From positions 1 through 64,000 of the forward strand of contig JAANOX010000132.1 in the NCBI GenBank assembly GCA_020184695.1: a stretch of DNA of 64,000 nt. Reading direction: 5' to 3'. Position 1 is the stretch's first letter, and the number at the start of each line of letters is the position of its first letter. The DNA comes from Histomonas meleagridis 2922-C6/04-290x. Its lineage: Eukaryota > Protista > Parabasalia. The position numbers were made by a program, and so were the translations under genes. The notes under the pieces were generated by a model. That model did not search any database. It worked only from the letters and a program-made list of their open reading frames with translations, and was not told where the DNA came from. This document shows, piece after piece, positions 23,901 through 34,512 of the stretch.

Positions 23901-26900
23901 AATAATTGTAAATTTGTACCATTCCAATATTGATCTAAAATATTTGACGGATCAATATTTGAAACATTTAAACTTAATTCAGTACACCATTTATAAATAT
24001 TATTTGCAAAATTTAATTGTTCATTTGGATTTAATATTGAAACAGAACTTCTAATTAAACAATTAATAAATTCGATATCAGAAGAACCGGAAATATTATT
24101 TAAATGACTTAAAATAGTTTTAACTAAACCATACGAAGTAGTTTCGATAATAAATTGATTTGATTTTGATATTAATGTATTAATAGTTCTATTAAATAAT
24201 TTATCCATTAAATAAGGTATTCGAGAATCTTTAGGCCATTTATTTATCCAATTCTTATAAATATTTTCATAATTCATATCTTCATTCGATAATAATATTA
24301 CTGCCATTCTCGAAACAGTTGCAGGTGAAGCATGTTGTAATGAATCAGATTCGAAGATAAAGTTAACAGAATTATCAAATTGAATACGTTCACCATTTGG
24401 TAAAGTTAATAATTTATTATCATCTAAAACAGAATTTAATGATTCAATCCATTCTGGATCAATATCACCATCACAAATTATCCACATTTTATTTGTTGTT
24501 TCAATTGCTTTTCGTGCAGCTTTTGTTAATACTCCATCAAACCATTCACGTGTATCATAATCAACATACCCTAAAAATTGTTTTTTAGACATTGATTTAG
24601 GATTAATAATTTCGATGTTAACATTAACGCCAATTTTTTCTAATGATTTTCGTAATAATTTCCATAATGTACTTTTACCACAACCGGAAGGTCCAATAAT
24701 ACAAACACCCATTCTTTGATTTAATGATTCCCACATTTGTAACATTTTTTCGATTTGATGATTTAATTCGATTAAATTTAATTCTTTAATTACTTCTAAC
24801 GCTGCAGTTCTTAATTCGAATTGTTCGATTTTTTCATTTTTAACATTAGGAAATACATCATTTATAATTTGTTCAAATATAATTCGATCATTATAAGTTA
24901 ATTTAGATAAAGTTGAAATTCGTAAAGATTTAACAATTAAAGATTTTTCATCGATTTCTTCATCGATTTCATTTAACCATTTTTCTGCTGTCGATAAAAC
25001 ACTTTTAAGTGAACGTAAACCCCAATCGTAATGAATTTCAGGTGATAATAATTGTTTACATAAAGAAAACACTAAAACGATTTTCTTTGATAATTCATTT
25101 GCTAAATGAAATCCTTGAGAATACATTAAGACTTCAGCAATTAATTCATTATCAGGTATAGACATAGCTACACCTCTAAACAATTGTGTTAAATTCGAAG
25201 GTAATTTCGATCTACCTCCATAACCTTTACCTGCAGGATTTAATGTTACATAAATACCTGCATTAAAATTAACGTTAATTTTCTTATCCATTAATTTAAT
25301 TGTCGGCTTTTTCTCTAATAAAGCTGTTTGAATTATTTGTATTTGTTGTGATAACGCTGATAGTACTTCTTCATCTAATCGATTAAATTCATCAAAACAT
25401 CCCCATGAACCACCCATAACTAAACCAGTAAAAATTCGACACATCGATTTAATATCAATAGCTTCATCACAATTAAATACTAAAACTTGTCGTCCTAATG
25501 CTTGACCTAAAGCTTTAACAGATTCAGTTTTACCTGTACCTGCAGGTCCATAAGGATTACAACCATAACCTAATGAAATACCTTCACAAATAGTTAAATA
25601 ACATTTAGCTGTTAGTGACGTATAAACTAATCGAATAGGATTTCCTTGATATTCATAACCATAAGGTATTATCGAATCACCCATTTCTATATAACATAAT
25701 CCATTTCTAAAATAAAAACGTAGTTGTTTCTTCCATTTCCATAATGAATTTTCATCAAGTTCATTAATTACTTGTTGAAATCGGACATATTCAATGATTA
25801 ATGATCGAATCGTATATTTTTGTAATTGATTATTTTGATTAGATGATACTAATTTATGAAGATTTTCTTCGACATAATTTTTTAATAGTTTTAAATTTTT
25901 TCGATTTGATTCAACTAATTCAGTAAATTTAATTTGATGATATAAAAGAATTAATTGACTTGGATATAAATCATAACCTATTTCATCAATTGATAATTTC
26001 ATCATAGTTTGTAAGATCATTTTTAATGTATCTGATACATTATTTGATAAATCCATTAACCAATCTTCAACATTACCTTCACATTTAATTGGGGTTTTAA
26101 GTTTAACAATTTCTCCTAATGAAGAAACAAATGAATTAATGACTTTTTTCGATTCATCAAATTCGACAGAATTAATACCTTGAAATAATTTCTTTAAATG
26201 ATTTTGGATAATTGTACTATCTTCACTTGCTTGACCTATAATTTCTAATAAATCTTCATCACCAATAAAATAAAATCTTGAGAATTTATCACGTTTTTGT
26301 TCAAGGAATATATTTAATGCACGATTTAAATTATTTAATTTTTGTAAAATTTTTTCTAAATTATCAATAGATAAATCAGCTGCATTTGAAACTCTTTTTT
26401 CTTCTTTTAATTTCTTCATTATATTTCTAAATTCATTATCAACAATTTCAAATTCTTCTTGATTTGTAGGTAAAGATTTCTTAATAAAAACTGGTTCTAA
26501 ATGTAACCATTTTCTTTGAATTTCATTTAATAAATTTAATGAAGTGATTAAAGAAATAGATTTCATATCCCATAAAGTAATATTATTTTGAAATGCTTTA
26601 ATAAATTGTGATTCTTTTAATGAATTAATTAATGATTGTTTATCATTTAAATCAGATAATAATTGTTTCCAATCCTTAATAATAAATGTAGTTCTATTAG
26701 AAAATGTATGATTAAACCAATTAAATGTAGTAGTAGAAAACCAAGAACGAATTTCTTCTAAAGAAGTTCGAATCGTAGCTTCTCCATGTGCTCTATCAGA
26801 TAATTCTTTTATAGATTTAAGATTAATTTGTAATTTATCACCAACTTCTAATAAATCATTTAATTGAAGTTCTTTATAAGAAGTATTTGATTTAATTCCA

Positions 26901-29900
26901 ACCATTTTAAAAAAGATAAACCAATGTTCTTCACACCAATCATCTCCTCGAACAAATTTCAAAAATGGATAAATAGATTTATAATTTTTAACTTTCTCAT
27001 CAATATATAATGCTACATTAGTATTATATTGAAGAGAACTTAATTTAGAACTCCATTTATTAAGGAAATCTTCAAATAAATATAACTTTTGTGATGTAAT
27101 ATCCCATTTTTCTGATGTAACTTTAATGATTTCACTCTTCCATTCATTAAATAATTCAAATGATTCTTCTTGTTGTTTAATTTCTTGTTCAATTTCTTCG
27201 AATTCAGGTAATTGAACATTTTCATCAAAATCTGCTAAAGGTTTTGATAATTTATCATATTTTATTCGTAAGTGATTACAATCTTCTTTAAATTTAGATA
27301 TTAATGAAGGAATTGTTATAATTATATTATCATCATCAAAGTTAATGTCATCTTTAGGTTTCATTTCATCCCATTTTGATTTGAAATTAGTTATTTCTTG
27401 TTTAAGTTTATTAAAGTCTTCACGCATTTTATTTTTAACATTTTCAAATTGTGATGCAACAGATTCATCAAATTTTTCCATTTTCTTTGTTAATAATTTC
27501 CAATTTTTATTTAATGAATTAAATTCTTCTAATTCTTGTTCAATTGATTCAAATGATTTTAATAAATTAATTTTTTCCGATAATGAAGTAAAACTTAATT
27601 CGATTTCTATTTTAGATCGAACTAAATCTTCGAATTTCTTACGACTTTCTGCTATAGCTTCAGAAGTTTCGAATTTAATATTCATTAAATCTAAACCTTC
27701 TTTAACGAAATTATGAACATTTTCGAATTCATTTTTTAATGTTTTCTTAAGTACTTTAATTAAAATACTTTGGAATTGTGATAATAATCTACGAAATCCT
27801 TCTTTAGCTTGAGTAACATCAATTTTAAAACATCCGATTATATTAAAATCGGGGATTTTATTGATGCTATCTTTTCTCATTAATATTAATTGTATATTAG
27901 ATTTCCATTCAGAAGAAGTTAAATTCATTTTTTCACATCTTTCTTCTAAATTATTAATATTTTTTGCTAATATTATCCATTCTTTAAATTGGAATTGAAA
28001 GTCAAAAACTTTTTTCATTAATTTTTCTCCTTTTTCATATACATAATATAATATATCAGAAGCAGAACTTGAAATTGTTGAAAAAAAATCATTTGAAATC
28101 CCATGGAATTTATAAGGGAATATTAATAAATCATTAACTTGTTGATAATACATATGTCTAATTGTTTCAATCACAGGACGAAATTGTAATTTATTATCAT
28201 TAAATATTAAATTAATTTCGATTTGAGCATTTCTTTCTGATATTTGTATCAATGAATTTCTAAATTGATATTTTAATATTTTATATAATTGAATATCTAA
28301 ATGTTTAATCCAAAACTCAGTTTCATTAAAATCTTTTGTAACTTGTTGAATTTTATGTCTAATTTCTAATATTATTTGATTCCATTTTGTCTTTTGTGTG
28401 ATCAAATCAAAATTAAATAAATTCTTTAATTCATTTAATATTGAAATATGTTCTTGATAAAGAAATGAATTTTTTTCCATAATATCAGATAAAGAAGTTT
28501 GTAATTCAGATAATAATTGTGGCATTGTATTAACATTCATTTTCTTCGATGATTTAACAAGTTTCTCAAATTCAGTTGCTGATTGTAATAACATTGGCCT
28601 TTGACATTTAATGATTCGGTCGGTCATATTATTATAAAACATTGCAACTCTTTGCATTATTAATGCTTGTTTAAATGTTTGTTGTGCTTTGTTTGCTAAT
28701 TCTTGAATTTTCTTTGGAAACGACATTTTAATTGATTGTAATTTTCGTACATCTTCAAGGAATTCATATAAATCATCACTAAATTGTACTTCAACTAATC
28801 CTCCAGTCTTAGTACCGAATTCGATTAAATTATCTTCATTTACTACTTGTAAAGTTGTTAATAATTTCGATTGGATATTTGTGACCCATTTTTTGGTTTG
28901 TGTTTGTCCAAATGTTTTAAGATTATTTGCAACTTCTTTAAGTTCTTGATCAAGGATTTCTTGTTCTGGTAATGCATTTTTAAATTTCATATATTGTTCA
29001 ATACTAATTCGTTTATGTTGGAACCATATAATGTTATCAACTGGTGTTTCATTAATGCGTTTAGGTATTGTTGAATTAATAAGTTGAATTTGAGTCCGTA
29101 TAAATGTGGTAGCTTCAGAAAATTCGTGCCCTAATTCTTGTATAGCTGTGGGACGACTCAATAACGATGGATGTTGATTAAATGCTTGCAAAATTACTTC
29201 CGGTGAAAATGAGGCATTCATAAGTTGTGAATGTAATTTTGATGCTGCACAACGTTCTGATTGTGAAAGACGTGTCTCAAAAAGTCGGAATTGCGCATCC
29301 CATAGACGTGATGGATTAGATAATAATTTAGTCGGCAAAATAGTAGAAAGACTATTGATGATATTGGTAAGATGAAGAGCTTCTTGTTCTTTAGAGTTAA
29401 GTAAGGTGGTTATATCAGAAATAAGATGAATAATAGAAATGAATTTTTTCATGAGAAAAATAAAACCATTCATGGACTTCGATTGATAGGATTCTGCTTT
29501 CCATTGTCGTGATTGTGCTGTGCTAGAATTGCATATTTGAGAAATGCCTGATGAATAATTTTGTGCTAATGAAAGAATTTGCTTAAGGATACTCTTTTTG
29601 ATATTTGATAATTCAAGGCCATCAAAAATTCTTTGGAATAATGAAATTATATTTCTATCTACTAATACTGTAAATCTTACAAATGTTCCATAAGAAATTT
29701 GATTATCTCGTGAATCTTGCCATAAGTCACTGAGATGTTCTACTAAAGAATCAATATTCATAGCAACTTCAGTTAAATCATCTAAAGGCATTGAAGCCAA
29801 TGTTTCTAAATCATTCTCTATAACCTCAATAGTTTCCATTAAATTATCTTCATTTTCAATTTTCGAAATAGATGGATCTCCTTCTTTGAATGCTTTCCTC

Positions 29901-29917
29901 CATTCGAACTTACTCAT
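17933..29917 (-). CDS. DYNC2H1: Dynein heavy chain, most like cytoplasmic dynein-2 (IFT dynein)
   Basis: 3994 aa. AAA1 GPAGTGKTESVKALG...WGCFDEFNRL, AAA2 GPSGCGKST, AAA3 GPKGSGKN, stalk WVKAN, and YGGRSKLP / YGGRVDN motifs. Intronless. Confidence 0.85.
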   Translation of the reverse strand: MSKFEWRKAFKEGDPSISKIENEDNLMETIEVIENDLETLASMPLDDLTEVAMNIDSLVEHLSDLWQDSRDNQISYGTFVRFTVLVDRNIISLFQRIFDGLELSNIKKSILKQILSLAQNYSSGISQICNSSTAQSRQWKAESYQSKSMNGFIFLMKKFISIIHLISDITTLLNSKEQEALHLTNIINSLSTILPTKLLSNPSRLWDAQFRLFETRLSQSERCAASKLHSQLMNASFSPEVILQAFNQHPSLLSRPTAIQELGHEFSEATTFIRTQIQLINSTIPKRINETPVDNIIWFQHKRISIEQYMKFKNALPEQEILDQELKEVANNLKTFGQTQTKKWVTNIQSKLLTTLQVVNEDNLIEFGTKTGGLVEVQFSDDLYEFLEDVRKLQSIKMSFPKKIQELANKAQQTFKQALIMQRVAMFYNNMTDRIIKCQRPMLLQSATEFEKLVKSSKKMNVNTMPQLLSELQTSLSDIMEKNSFLYQEHISILNELKNLFNFDLITQKTKWNQIILEIRHKIQQVTKDFNETEFWIKHLDIQLYKILKYQFRNSLIQISERNAQIEINLIFNDNKLQFRPVIETIRHMYYQQVNDLLIFPYKFHGISNDFFSTISSSASDILYYVYEKGEKLMKKVFDFQFQFKEWIILAKNINNLEERCEKMNLTSSEWKSNIQLILMRKDSINKIPDFNIIGCFKIDVTQAKEGFRRLLSQFQSILIKVLKKTLKNEFENVHNFVKEGLDLMNIKFETSEAIAESRKKFEDLVRSKIEIELSFTSLSEKINLLKSFESIEQELEEFNSLNKNWKLLTKKMEKFDESVASQFENVKNKMREDFNKLKQEITNFKSKWDEMKPKDDINFDDDNIIITIPSLISKFKEDCNHLRIKYDKLSKPLADFDENVQLPEFEEIEQEIKQQEESFELFNEWKSEIIKVTSEKWDITSQKLYLFEDFLNKWSSKLSSLQYNTNVALYIDEKVKNYKSIYPFLKFVRGDDWCEEHWFIFFKMVGIKSNTSYKELQLNDLLEVGDKLQINLKSIKELSDRAHGEATIRTSLEEIRSWFSTTTFNWFNHTFSNRTTFIIKDWKQLLSDLNDKQSLINSLKESQFIKAFQNNITLWDMKSISLITSLNLLNEIQRKWLHLEPVFIKKSLPTNQEEFEIVDNEFRNIMKKLKEEKRVSNAADLSIDNLEKILQKLNNLNRALNIFLEQKRDKFSRFYFIGDEDLLEIIGQASEDSTIIQNHLKKLFQGINSVEFDESKKVINSFVSSLGEIVKLKTPIKCEGNVEDWLMDLSNNVSDTLKMILQTMMKLSIDEIGYDLYPSQLILLYHQIKFTELVESNRKNLKLLKNYVEENLHKLVSSNQNNQLQKYTIRSLIIEYVRFQQVINELDENSLWKWKKQLRFYFRNGLCYIEMGDSIIPYGYEYQGNPIRLVYTSLTAKCYLTICEGISLGYGCNPYGPAGTGKTESVKALGQALGRQVLVFNCDEAIDIKSMCRIFTGLVMGGSWGCFDEFNRLDEEVLSALSQQIQIIQTALLEKKPTIKLMDKKINVNFNAGIYVTLNPAGKGYGGRSKLPSNLTQLFRGVAMSIPDNELIAEVLMYSQGFHLANELSKKIVLVFSLCKQLLSPEIHYDWGLRSLKSVLSTAEKWLNEIDEEIDEKSLIVKSLRISTLSKLTYNDRIIFEQIINDVFPNVKNEKIEQFELRTAALEVIKELNLIELNHQIEKMLQMWESLNQRMGVCIIGPSGCGKSTLWKLLRKSLEKIGVNVNIEIINPKSMSKKQFLGYVDYDTREWFDGVLTKAARKAIETTNKMWIICDGDIDPEWIESLNSVLDDNKLLTLPNGERIQFDNSVNFIFESDSLQHASPATVSRMAVILLSNEDMNYENIYKNWINKWPKDSRIPYLMDKLFNRTINTLISKSNQFIIETTSYGLVKTILSHLNNISGSSDIEFINCLIRSSVSILNPNEQLNFANNIYKWCTELSLNVSNIDPSNILDQYWNGTNLQLFEFNPNIEIELPKLDVISLPLILIPEVQRTILTIKPWIEKGEPVLLIGPKGSGKNTLLTHIFNLLPSTSIITINCSAKTDSNTLLTKLLQYCTISITSNGQVLRPKNTEKTLIYFKNFDLPQPDKWGTIQLITFIQQLLTYKGFYNDELQWVTIERIQFVFSMSSNFKHPISSRFTSIVRISTIHNTNKQQLIQIYSIYLSVILRNTQFNDISKVTSITTSIINVYEKFKSEFNIDEYPQYEFTFKDITKWIILLQRYIHNSHEFNINCIIYEGIQHFIDRLTTLQDKNRMKKEIINIFKEMLSFEINDYEYTNYQIETNDKPPIYLVQTNKNISQDCFNKLIYSYEREIGSLNIFRTIDTEFLANRIISLLAIPSSNIIMITKPGLSFNDILKIVCHSNGIEIYQPSPLADFSFKTFLTFLKETIQKIIQKDEEIVLYIEDKMFVDDSILDSLNSLIASGEVNGLFTNTELDSLIASIQSEIHEQTTLSGQEYFYQKIKRLIHVVILLNPDNFSFRNYFLFAPSFISDSNIIWLTEFSKESLISIPRQILTNDLESILTNEIITKITPLFVNIFNSINESPNKFIYFIETYKNIFLKKYEELNKKKKHLEIGLSKLNEAAKTVDVLSTEISNKKKNLDSKEKRAQEAMESIKKAVKECSNQQAKIETMSKNLSIEEKKLQEEYSKIEEELNTIQPEIDAALKLVGQISRNQLAEVRAFPKPPPAVSDVMQGVLLMLGENDSSWPAIKKILGQDGFCNRILKFDAKKLTPEIISSVQKLLKQKANSFQNEIITKVSVAVAPLAKWVKANLRFFSVLEKVEPLRKKNEKNAKEIQEKRISLENLREKKKSVDEKVEKYQEEFKKSTKEAELLKNEVQIAETNLRDAEMLFSKLKDERTRWDKQCNEINSTILKLPKNVILASAIVSFCGYYPEDKRKELITKWKNIISLENEEFSFNHFMYTENELLKLRGDSLGGDSLSLENAIIISNTSIVPLIIDPTSKSFNWLIDYLKKQQQDKQVTILSRNYERFSSELALAVRFGKTLIINEIDSIDPILMPLIQKDLIYNGAHPSIKVGGQEIDYNENFKLYLFTREPYPKLHPTSSSCVSIINFSVTRSGLESILLSLTLEKELPEIQIERSKLINEEEEMKINLEQLEKDLLNTLVNSNENEDILHNTKLIETLNQTKEKASEVSESLIKIESLSKSLEEKANIYKNLSKIGASLYFSINDLININHMYQFSSTLFITLFGSIFDQKINSPIGEHKALKFESKLLKVIFKHVSNSIFNKHKHAIALHIIKSCYSTLINNKEYELLLNEPFNNGDVPNWIPEDRKPYFNAFSKEMPELIQNLKMKDTKFENIWKDWINQPNCEENWPSIEGQQITKRGVGPFTQILLINILAPHRLLNSIETFVKGTLQLEQFSEPFEMKSILEMKNSLPIIFIVSLGTDPSQEIKTLCNKSKIKLIEVAVGQCNIESTIKLMKKSAEEGNWFLIKNAHLSISLITNIEKEFNSLNNINENFKLLITTESHDSFPSLLLSNSIKIALETPPGIRANIIRTLSTIDFKGLNKTQIHNITSLVYFHSIIQERRIFIPQGWTKFYEFSLSDFNCALQIILKNNIENLQDFEYLRGLLGVTIYGGRVDNPFDFNILKLYLECFINENSNPLKIERNSSINEIMKNINKMNERDSPSVFFLPPNATKTIMLSQKHETISCLRKLSINVSNNNIIERQQWISSLKPIHNKWKELYSRNPKLFESKINSPINETPIASALYSQYCILIDLLNDINSFFKELEGFLYKNETLSHHLISKGNYLIKNEIPVIWFDILEGPNIPIEWLNEVIRKANIIINLNLDPNLMKKEIELGALLRPTAILDALRQQTARETMTEITDLKLTFGIGEEHENAIYVKDLSLQGAVLQGNKIAQMKKDEMLLIKCPICSLSWQKKKDNPNIANIPLYSNDKRNNFIVTLPTNCQGDPKNFAFAGTAFILNH

Positions 29918-30075
29918 TTTAGATAACGGATTTTTGGAGCTCCATTAGATTGACTATGTTTGTCCGGAAATAAAAGAACAAAAATGATGATAACTTCAAG
30001 AAAAGAAGAGATTTGAGTTGAAACATTTCATATGATTATCAAACATTTTATTGACTTAAAAAATATATGAAACAA

Positions 30076-30948
30076 TTATTGATTTTCTCGGAATCTATTG
30101 AAAACTGGCATCTTCAGAGCATCACTCGCGGTAATTCTCTTCTTTGGATCAATTTCAAGTAGTCTTTTTAACAGATCCAAAACAAGAGGATCACATCCTT
30201 CAAAAATGTTATCCAAACCGATAATATCATCTGTTTCCTCTATAAAATCAAGGTCCATATCTGGAAATGAATCGGTAATTGCCTTTTTGCCAAATATATG
30301 AGAAATATATATTATCATATTGTCATTATCTTGGCATGGAAAAAGTGGTTCTCCTGTTAACATCTCAGCAATTACACATCCAGCACTCCAAACATCGACA
30401 CAAAACCCATAATCGGTGATTCCGAGTAATATTTCTGGAGGACGATACCATTGTGTAATAACTTCTGTTGACATTTCTCCAACTGGAATAACCATTGTTC
30501 TTGCGAGTCCAAAATCTCCTATTTTTAGCTCCATTTTTTTGTTGATAAGTAAATTTTGTGGTTTAATGTCTCGATGAATTATGGATTTAGAATGAATAAA
30601 AGTCAACCCGCTCAATAACTGATATGAAAATGAAATAACCTTTTCAAGTGGAAGAGATGATTCATTCGATAACATATAACTTCTAAGATCCCATTCACAA
30701 TATTCAAAAATTAAAGTTAATACATGTTGTGAATGTACTACATCATATAAACGAACTACATTTTTATTTTTGAGTTCTTTTAATAGTGCTATTTCACGAA
30801 TAGAAGAATTTGGAATTCCATCTTCTCTTGTTCCAATTTTTATTATTTTAATTGCTACAATTTCTTTGCTTTGGGTGTTTTGTGCTTTGTAAACAACTCC
30901 ATATGTTCCTTGTCCAATTTTTTGGAGCTTTGAATACATTTGCTTCAT
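30076..30948 (-). CDS. Cyclin-dependent kinase (CMGC/CDK), PNSSIRE variant
   Basis: GQGTYGVVYKA, AIK, PNSSIRE, HRDIKPQN, DFG, WYRPPE. Confidence 0.92.
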   Translation of the reverse strand: MKQMYSKLQKIGQGTYGVVYKAQNTQSKEIVAIKIIKIGTREDGIPNSSIREIALLKELKNKNVVRLYDVVHSQHVLTLIFEYCEWDLRSYMLSNESSLPLEKVISFSYQLLSGLTFIHSKSIIHRDIKPQNLLINKKMELKIGDFGLARTMVIPVGEMSTEVITQWYRPPEILLGITDYGFCVDVWSAGCVIAEMLTGEPLFPCQDNDNMIIYISHIFGKKAITDSFPDMDLDFIEETDDIIGLDNIFEGCDPLVLDLLKRLLEIDPKKRITASDALKMPVFNRFRENQ

Positions 30949-31693
30949 GTGCTTAAAGGCCCATTAAAGCCGTTTAAATACTCACTTTTGAATTTTCAAC
31001 CACGATGAAAATTACAAATTGAAAGTTACAATTGGTAAAATTTTAATTTAACATTTTTTATTGATTTTCATTGCAAAAAATTGCATATAAAACTATTTTC
31101 ATTGCAACATCTTCTCGTTTTATATGTAACAAACTTTTCTTATTCATAAATTGGATGATTAAAAAATAAATATGGGTTGATTGAATATTTTGAATAATTT
31201 ATAAAATCACATAAAATGAAAAACATTAGATAAAATTTAATTATTGCGTTAACACCATATTGGTATTTATTAAATTGTTTATAAATTACATGTAAAGATA
31301 AATAAATATAATTTTAGAATATGCAATACCTTGTCGTTCTCAATATACTGCCTATAAAAATAATTCTTATTGAATCTATGTTGATAATATAGAGGTATAA
31401 TTTTAAAAATTATTTTTAATAACAAAGAATATGCCAGTATAACCGAAAGAAAAAATAAGACATGGTTTATTCCAAAAGAATGATTTAACTAACTATAACC
31501 TTCCGATATGAATTAAAAGATAAATTTAGATCAAACATATTTAGATCTAAATGGTACTTTATATTTTAAATGGTTTATTTATTTTTGCTTTTTAAGTTCC
31601 TTTGAATTATGCCGGTAATTTACTTTTTTTTTTTGAGTTAATACTTATCGGAGGCATATTGAATTTCTAATCGGTGTGCACCACCCCAAAAAA

Positions 31694-32110
31694 ATGGCGA
31701 GTAAGCTTCAAGATCATGTTGGTTTGCTTCATGACTCATTTGATGACCTTTTAAAAACAATGTTTTCAATGATTTCTGCTATACAAGATGAAACTAATAA
31801 AGCTGAAAATCCAAATCAAATACAATTTGACCAGCTACCTTCCCTTGCTGAAAGAATTGTCAAAAAGGTACAGTCTATTGATATTCTAATTGACGAAACA
31901 ATTGAGGAAACATTTTTAGGAAAAGATATAGAAGAAATAAAAGAATTATTGGCTTTAAAAATAACAGAATACGAAGATAATGTGATGTCGCTTCAAAATA
32001 ATTGCAGAGCTGCAGAGCAGTGGATTGGAAGAATTCAACAAATGCTCGATGTTATTGCAGAAAATACTCCATGGATTCATAATTGTTACAATGACAACAA
32101 AGAAAACTAA
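31694..32110 (+). CDS. Mediator subunit Med21-like protein
   Basis: LQD..LL...F......I.Q...LA..IV.K...IDILID followed by a coiled coil resembles Med21. ATG at 31694. Confidence 0.5.
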   Translation: MASKLQDHVGLLHDSFDDLLKTMFSMISAIQDETNKAENPNQIQFDQLPSLAERIVKKVQSIDILIDETIEETFLGKDIEEIKELLALKITEYEDNVMSLQNNCRAAEQWIGRIQQMLDVIAENTPWIHNCYNDNKEN

Positions 32111-33109
32111 TCTATGCGCATATGTATTAATTATCCTCTTGTACGTAATATTAAGAAATATTTTCAAAAAAAAAAATAAACAATTTATCAGATAAAGTTA
32201 TTAAGTCAAAATAGAAACATCAGACAAAAGGTATAGGATTTAAAGATAAGTCCGATATTAATTGAATTTAATATGTGACGAAAACAATATTATTAAATTA
32301 CTTTATAATGATGCATAAAAATGATTAAAATTTTCTTTCATTTCTGATAAAAAATGTTTAGTCGAAACTACACCCTCATTGCGCCGACTAAGCTGGGTTT
32401 AAAGATATAAAATTGAGTTAATTAACATCAAGTTTTTTCTGGCAACACGCTGAATTCAGCTTATCAGGTTTCTTTCAATAAGTATTTAATATATTGGAGA
32501 AATTGTTTTTCAGGAATAATATATCTAAATTAAAAAGTATTTTATATTTCTTATAAATTTTGGTATTTTTGAAAAATCAAAAATAAATTATTTATTAATT
32601 ATAAAGTAATTTTATCAAGAAGGAATATTATTAATATCAAGTATTTACTAAACATTTTAAGAAATATTATTCCATGTATTATACACATAAAATATATCTA
32701 TTTTAATACTATCACGAAATTGTGCTCAAATATTAATTCCTTTTTTATTGAATACTTTCAAAATAAAAATATAATTTAAGTTCATATTAATTTCATCAAA
32801 GGCTCGCTAAATTTCTAATAAATCATTTTTTTTAAGTGAAAACATGAAATATCCCTTTACGTAACATACTCGTTTCAAATATCAATTTTATTGCTCACTA
32901 AAATATTTTGAATACAGAGCATTTTAGCCAAAAGATCATAAAATTGAATCCAAGATTTCATTATTCAATATCATATGAATATTCAACAGCTGTTGATATT
33001 TATACTATTATAACTACATTTAAATTTCTTATGCAAATTAATTTTTTTATATGGTGTACTGAATGATTACACATTAAAAATTATAATTTTTAAACTAATT
33101 TCTTTATAT

Positions 33110-34318
33110 TTATTTATCATAAAACTTATTCCTCCGCCTATATCCATCGTTTGACCATCTTCTAATTCTATCGTCGTCTCTTTTTTCATAATCTCTTTCT
33201 CTAAAGTTTTTTCTTTTGGGGTATGCGACCCAACCTTCTTCGCTATTCTCTGCGAACAAAGGAATCGATTCCACTGCGTTTCCTAACAGCGCCTGATACT
33301 GCTTTTTCATTTCTGCTCTTCTTGCTATCAACCAGTCTGGTCTCGTTATGATTCTTAGTAGCATTGATTGTTCGTAATGCGGCGAAACTTTCATCATATT
33401 ATTAAATGCTCTATGGCATCGGTTACGAAATTCATCGCATTTGAAAGAATTCTCGCCAAGAAAATTCCCAGGAAGTTGTGGATCCTCAATGCATAAGTTA
33501 ATGGGGTTACGCCATTTAATGCGATTGGCTTCGACACGACTAAAAAGACGACCGCCTGCGCGTGTAGAGATACCAGTGGTAATGTAATTAAATGTGTTGC
33601 CAAATGTTCGCAAAAATGTTTGCAGAAGTTTGCCTAAATTTAAGCGTTCGTTGATTTTGGTTGATTGGATAATGAATATTATCATTTGTTGAAGCGTATT
33701 GGAACTAATGCCTCCATGAAATGGTTCATCAAGACGCATTTGGAAAAGTAAAAACTTTAAAAACATGAGGAGAGGATAAAGAGCAGGATATGTTTGTAAA
33801 AGTACTCGATTTCGATGAATATTTAATATGCCATTATAATTATTAACTGCAATATCAACATGAAATCCAAATGGTTTTTCAATCCCTTTGATGATGGGAC
33901 ACTTGGCTGAAATAACATCTGATTTGCGAAAAATTTGGAGTGAATTTAAATGATCGCGGAGTTCTGTAAGAAGAATTTCATCTGGAACGTCTTTGGGTGC
34001 CCCATAAACAACAAAATCAATGTCCCCATTTGGAAGATATGTTTTAGTGGCTGAAGAACCATGAACTATGAGTTTGGCATCAGGCCAAAGAATTGACATT
34101 GCAGACCGAAAGCGCTCAATAACAAGAGCTCGTAAATGCATTTCTTCTTTGGTTGGCGCAATCCATTTGACAAAATCAATAATTTCTCGATGAAGTGTTA
34201 AGGTTGAACTTTTATGATGATATTCTTTTCCATTACACCAAGGGCAATCTTGCGATGGGGATCTAGAATCTTTTGTTTCGACATCTGCTGAGAAATCTTC
34301 AATTTCCTTCGCAATCAT
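33110..34318 (-). CDS. Non-canonical poly(A) polymerase, Trf4/PAPD5 (TENT4) family
   Basis: HGSSATKTYLPNGDIDFVV nucleotidyltransferase motif, HVDIA, GGISS and LCIEDP (PAP-associated domain). Confidence 0.85.
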   Translation of the reverse strand: MIAKEIEDFSADVETKDSRSPSQDCPWCNGKEYHHKSSTLTLHREIIDFVKWIAPTKEEMHLRALVIERFRSAMSILWPDAKLIVHGSSATKTYLPNGDIDFVVYGAPKDVPDEILLTELRDHLNSLQIFRKSDVISAKCPIIKGIEKPFGFHVDIAVNNYNGILNIHRNRVLLQTYPALYPLLMFLKFLLFQMRLDEPFHGGISSNTLQQMIIFIIQSTKINERLNLGKLLQTFLRTFGNTFNYITTGISTRAGGRLFSRVEANRIKWRNPINLCIEDPQLPGNFLGENSFKCDEFRNRCHRAFNNMMKVSPHYEQSMLLRIITRPDWLIARRAEMKKQYQALLGNAVESIPLFAENSEEGWVAYPKRKNFRERDYEKRDDDRIRRWSNDGYRRRNKFYDK

Positions 34319-34512
34319 TGGTCAGAAAAATCTGGAAGACGTTAAGGCATACGTTATCCAGATTTTGCCAATGTGGGCAAAGATTTTGACAAAAAAGAAC
34401 GAACGCACAATAAACTGAAATTAATCATTGAATTTCATAAAATTTTAAATTCAATTTGGAAGTACCATTGCATTGAATTTTGGTTGAAAAATTTTTGGTT
34501 CATTTTAATCCA

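Noticed and set aside
30076-30948. PNSSIRE in place of PSTAIRE as a novelty
   Set aside because: Parabasalids have expanded CDK families with many such variants, and all catalytic motifs are ordinary.
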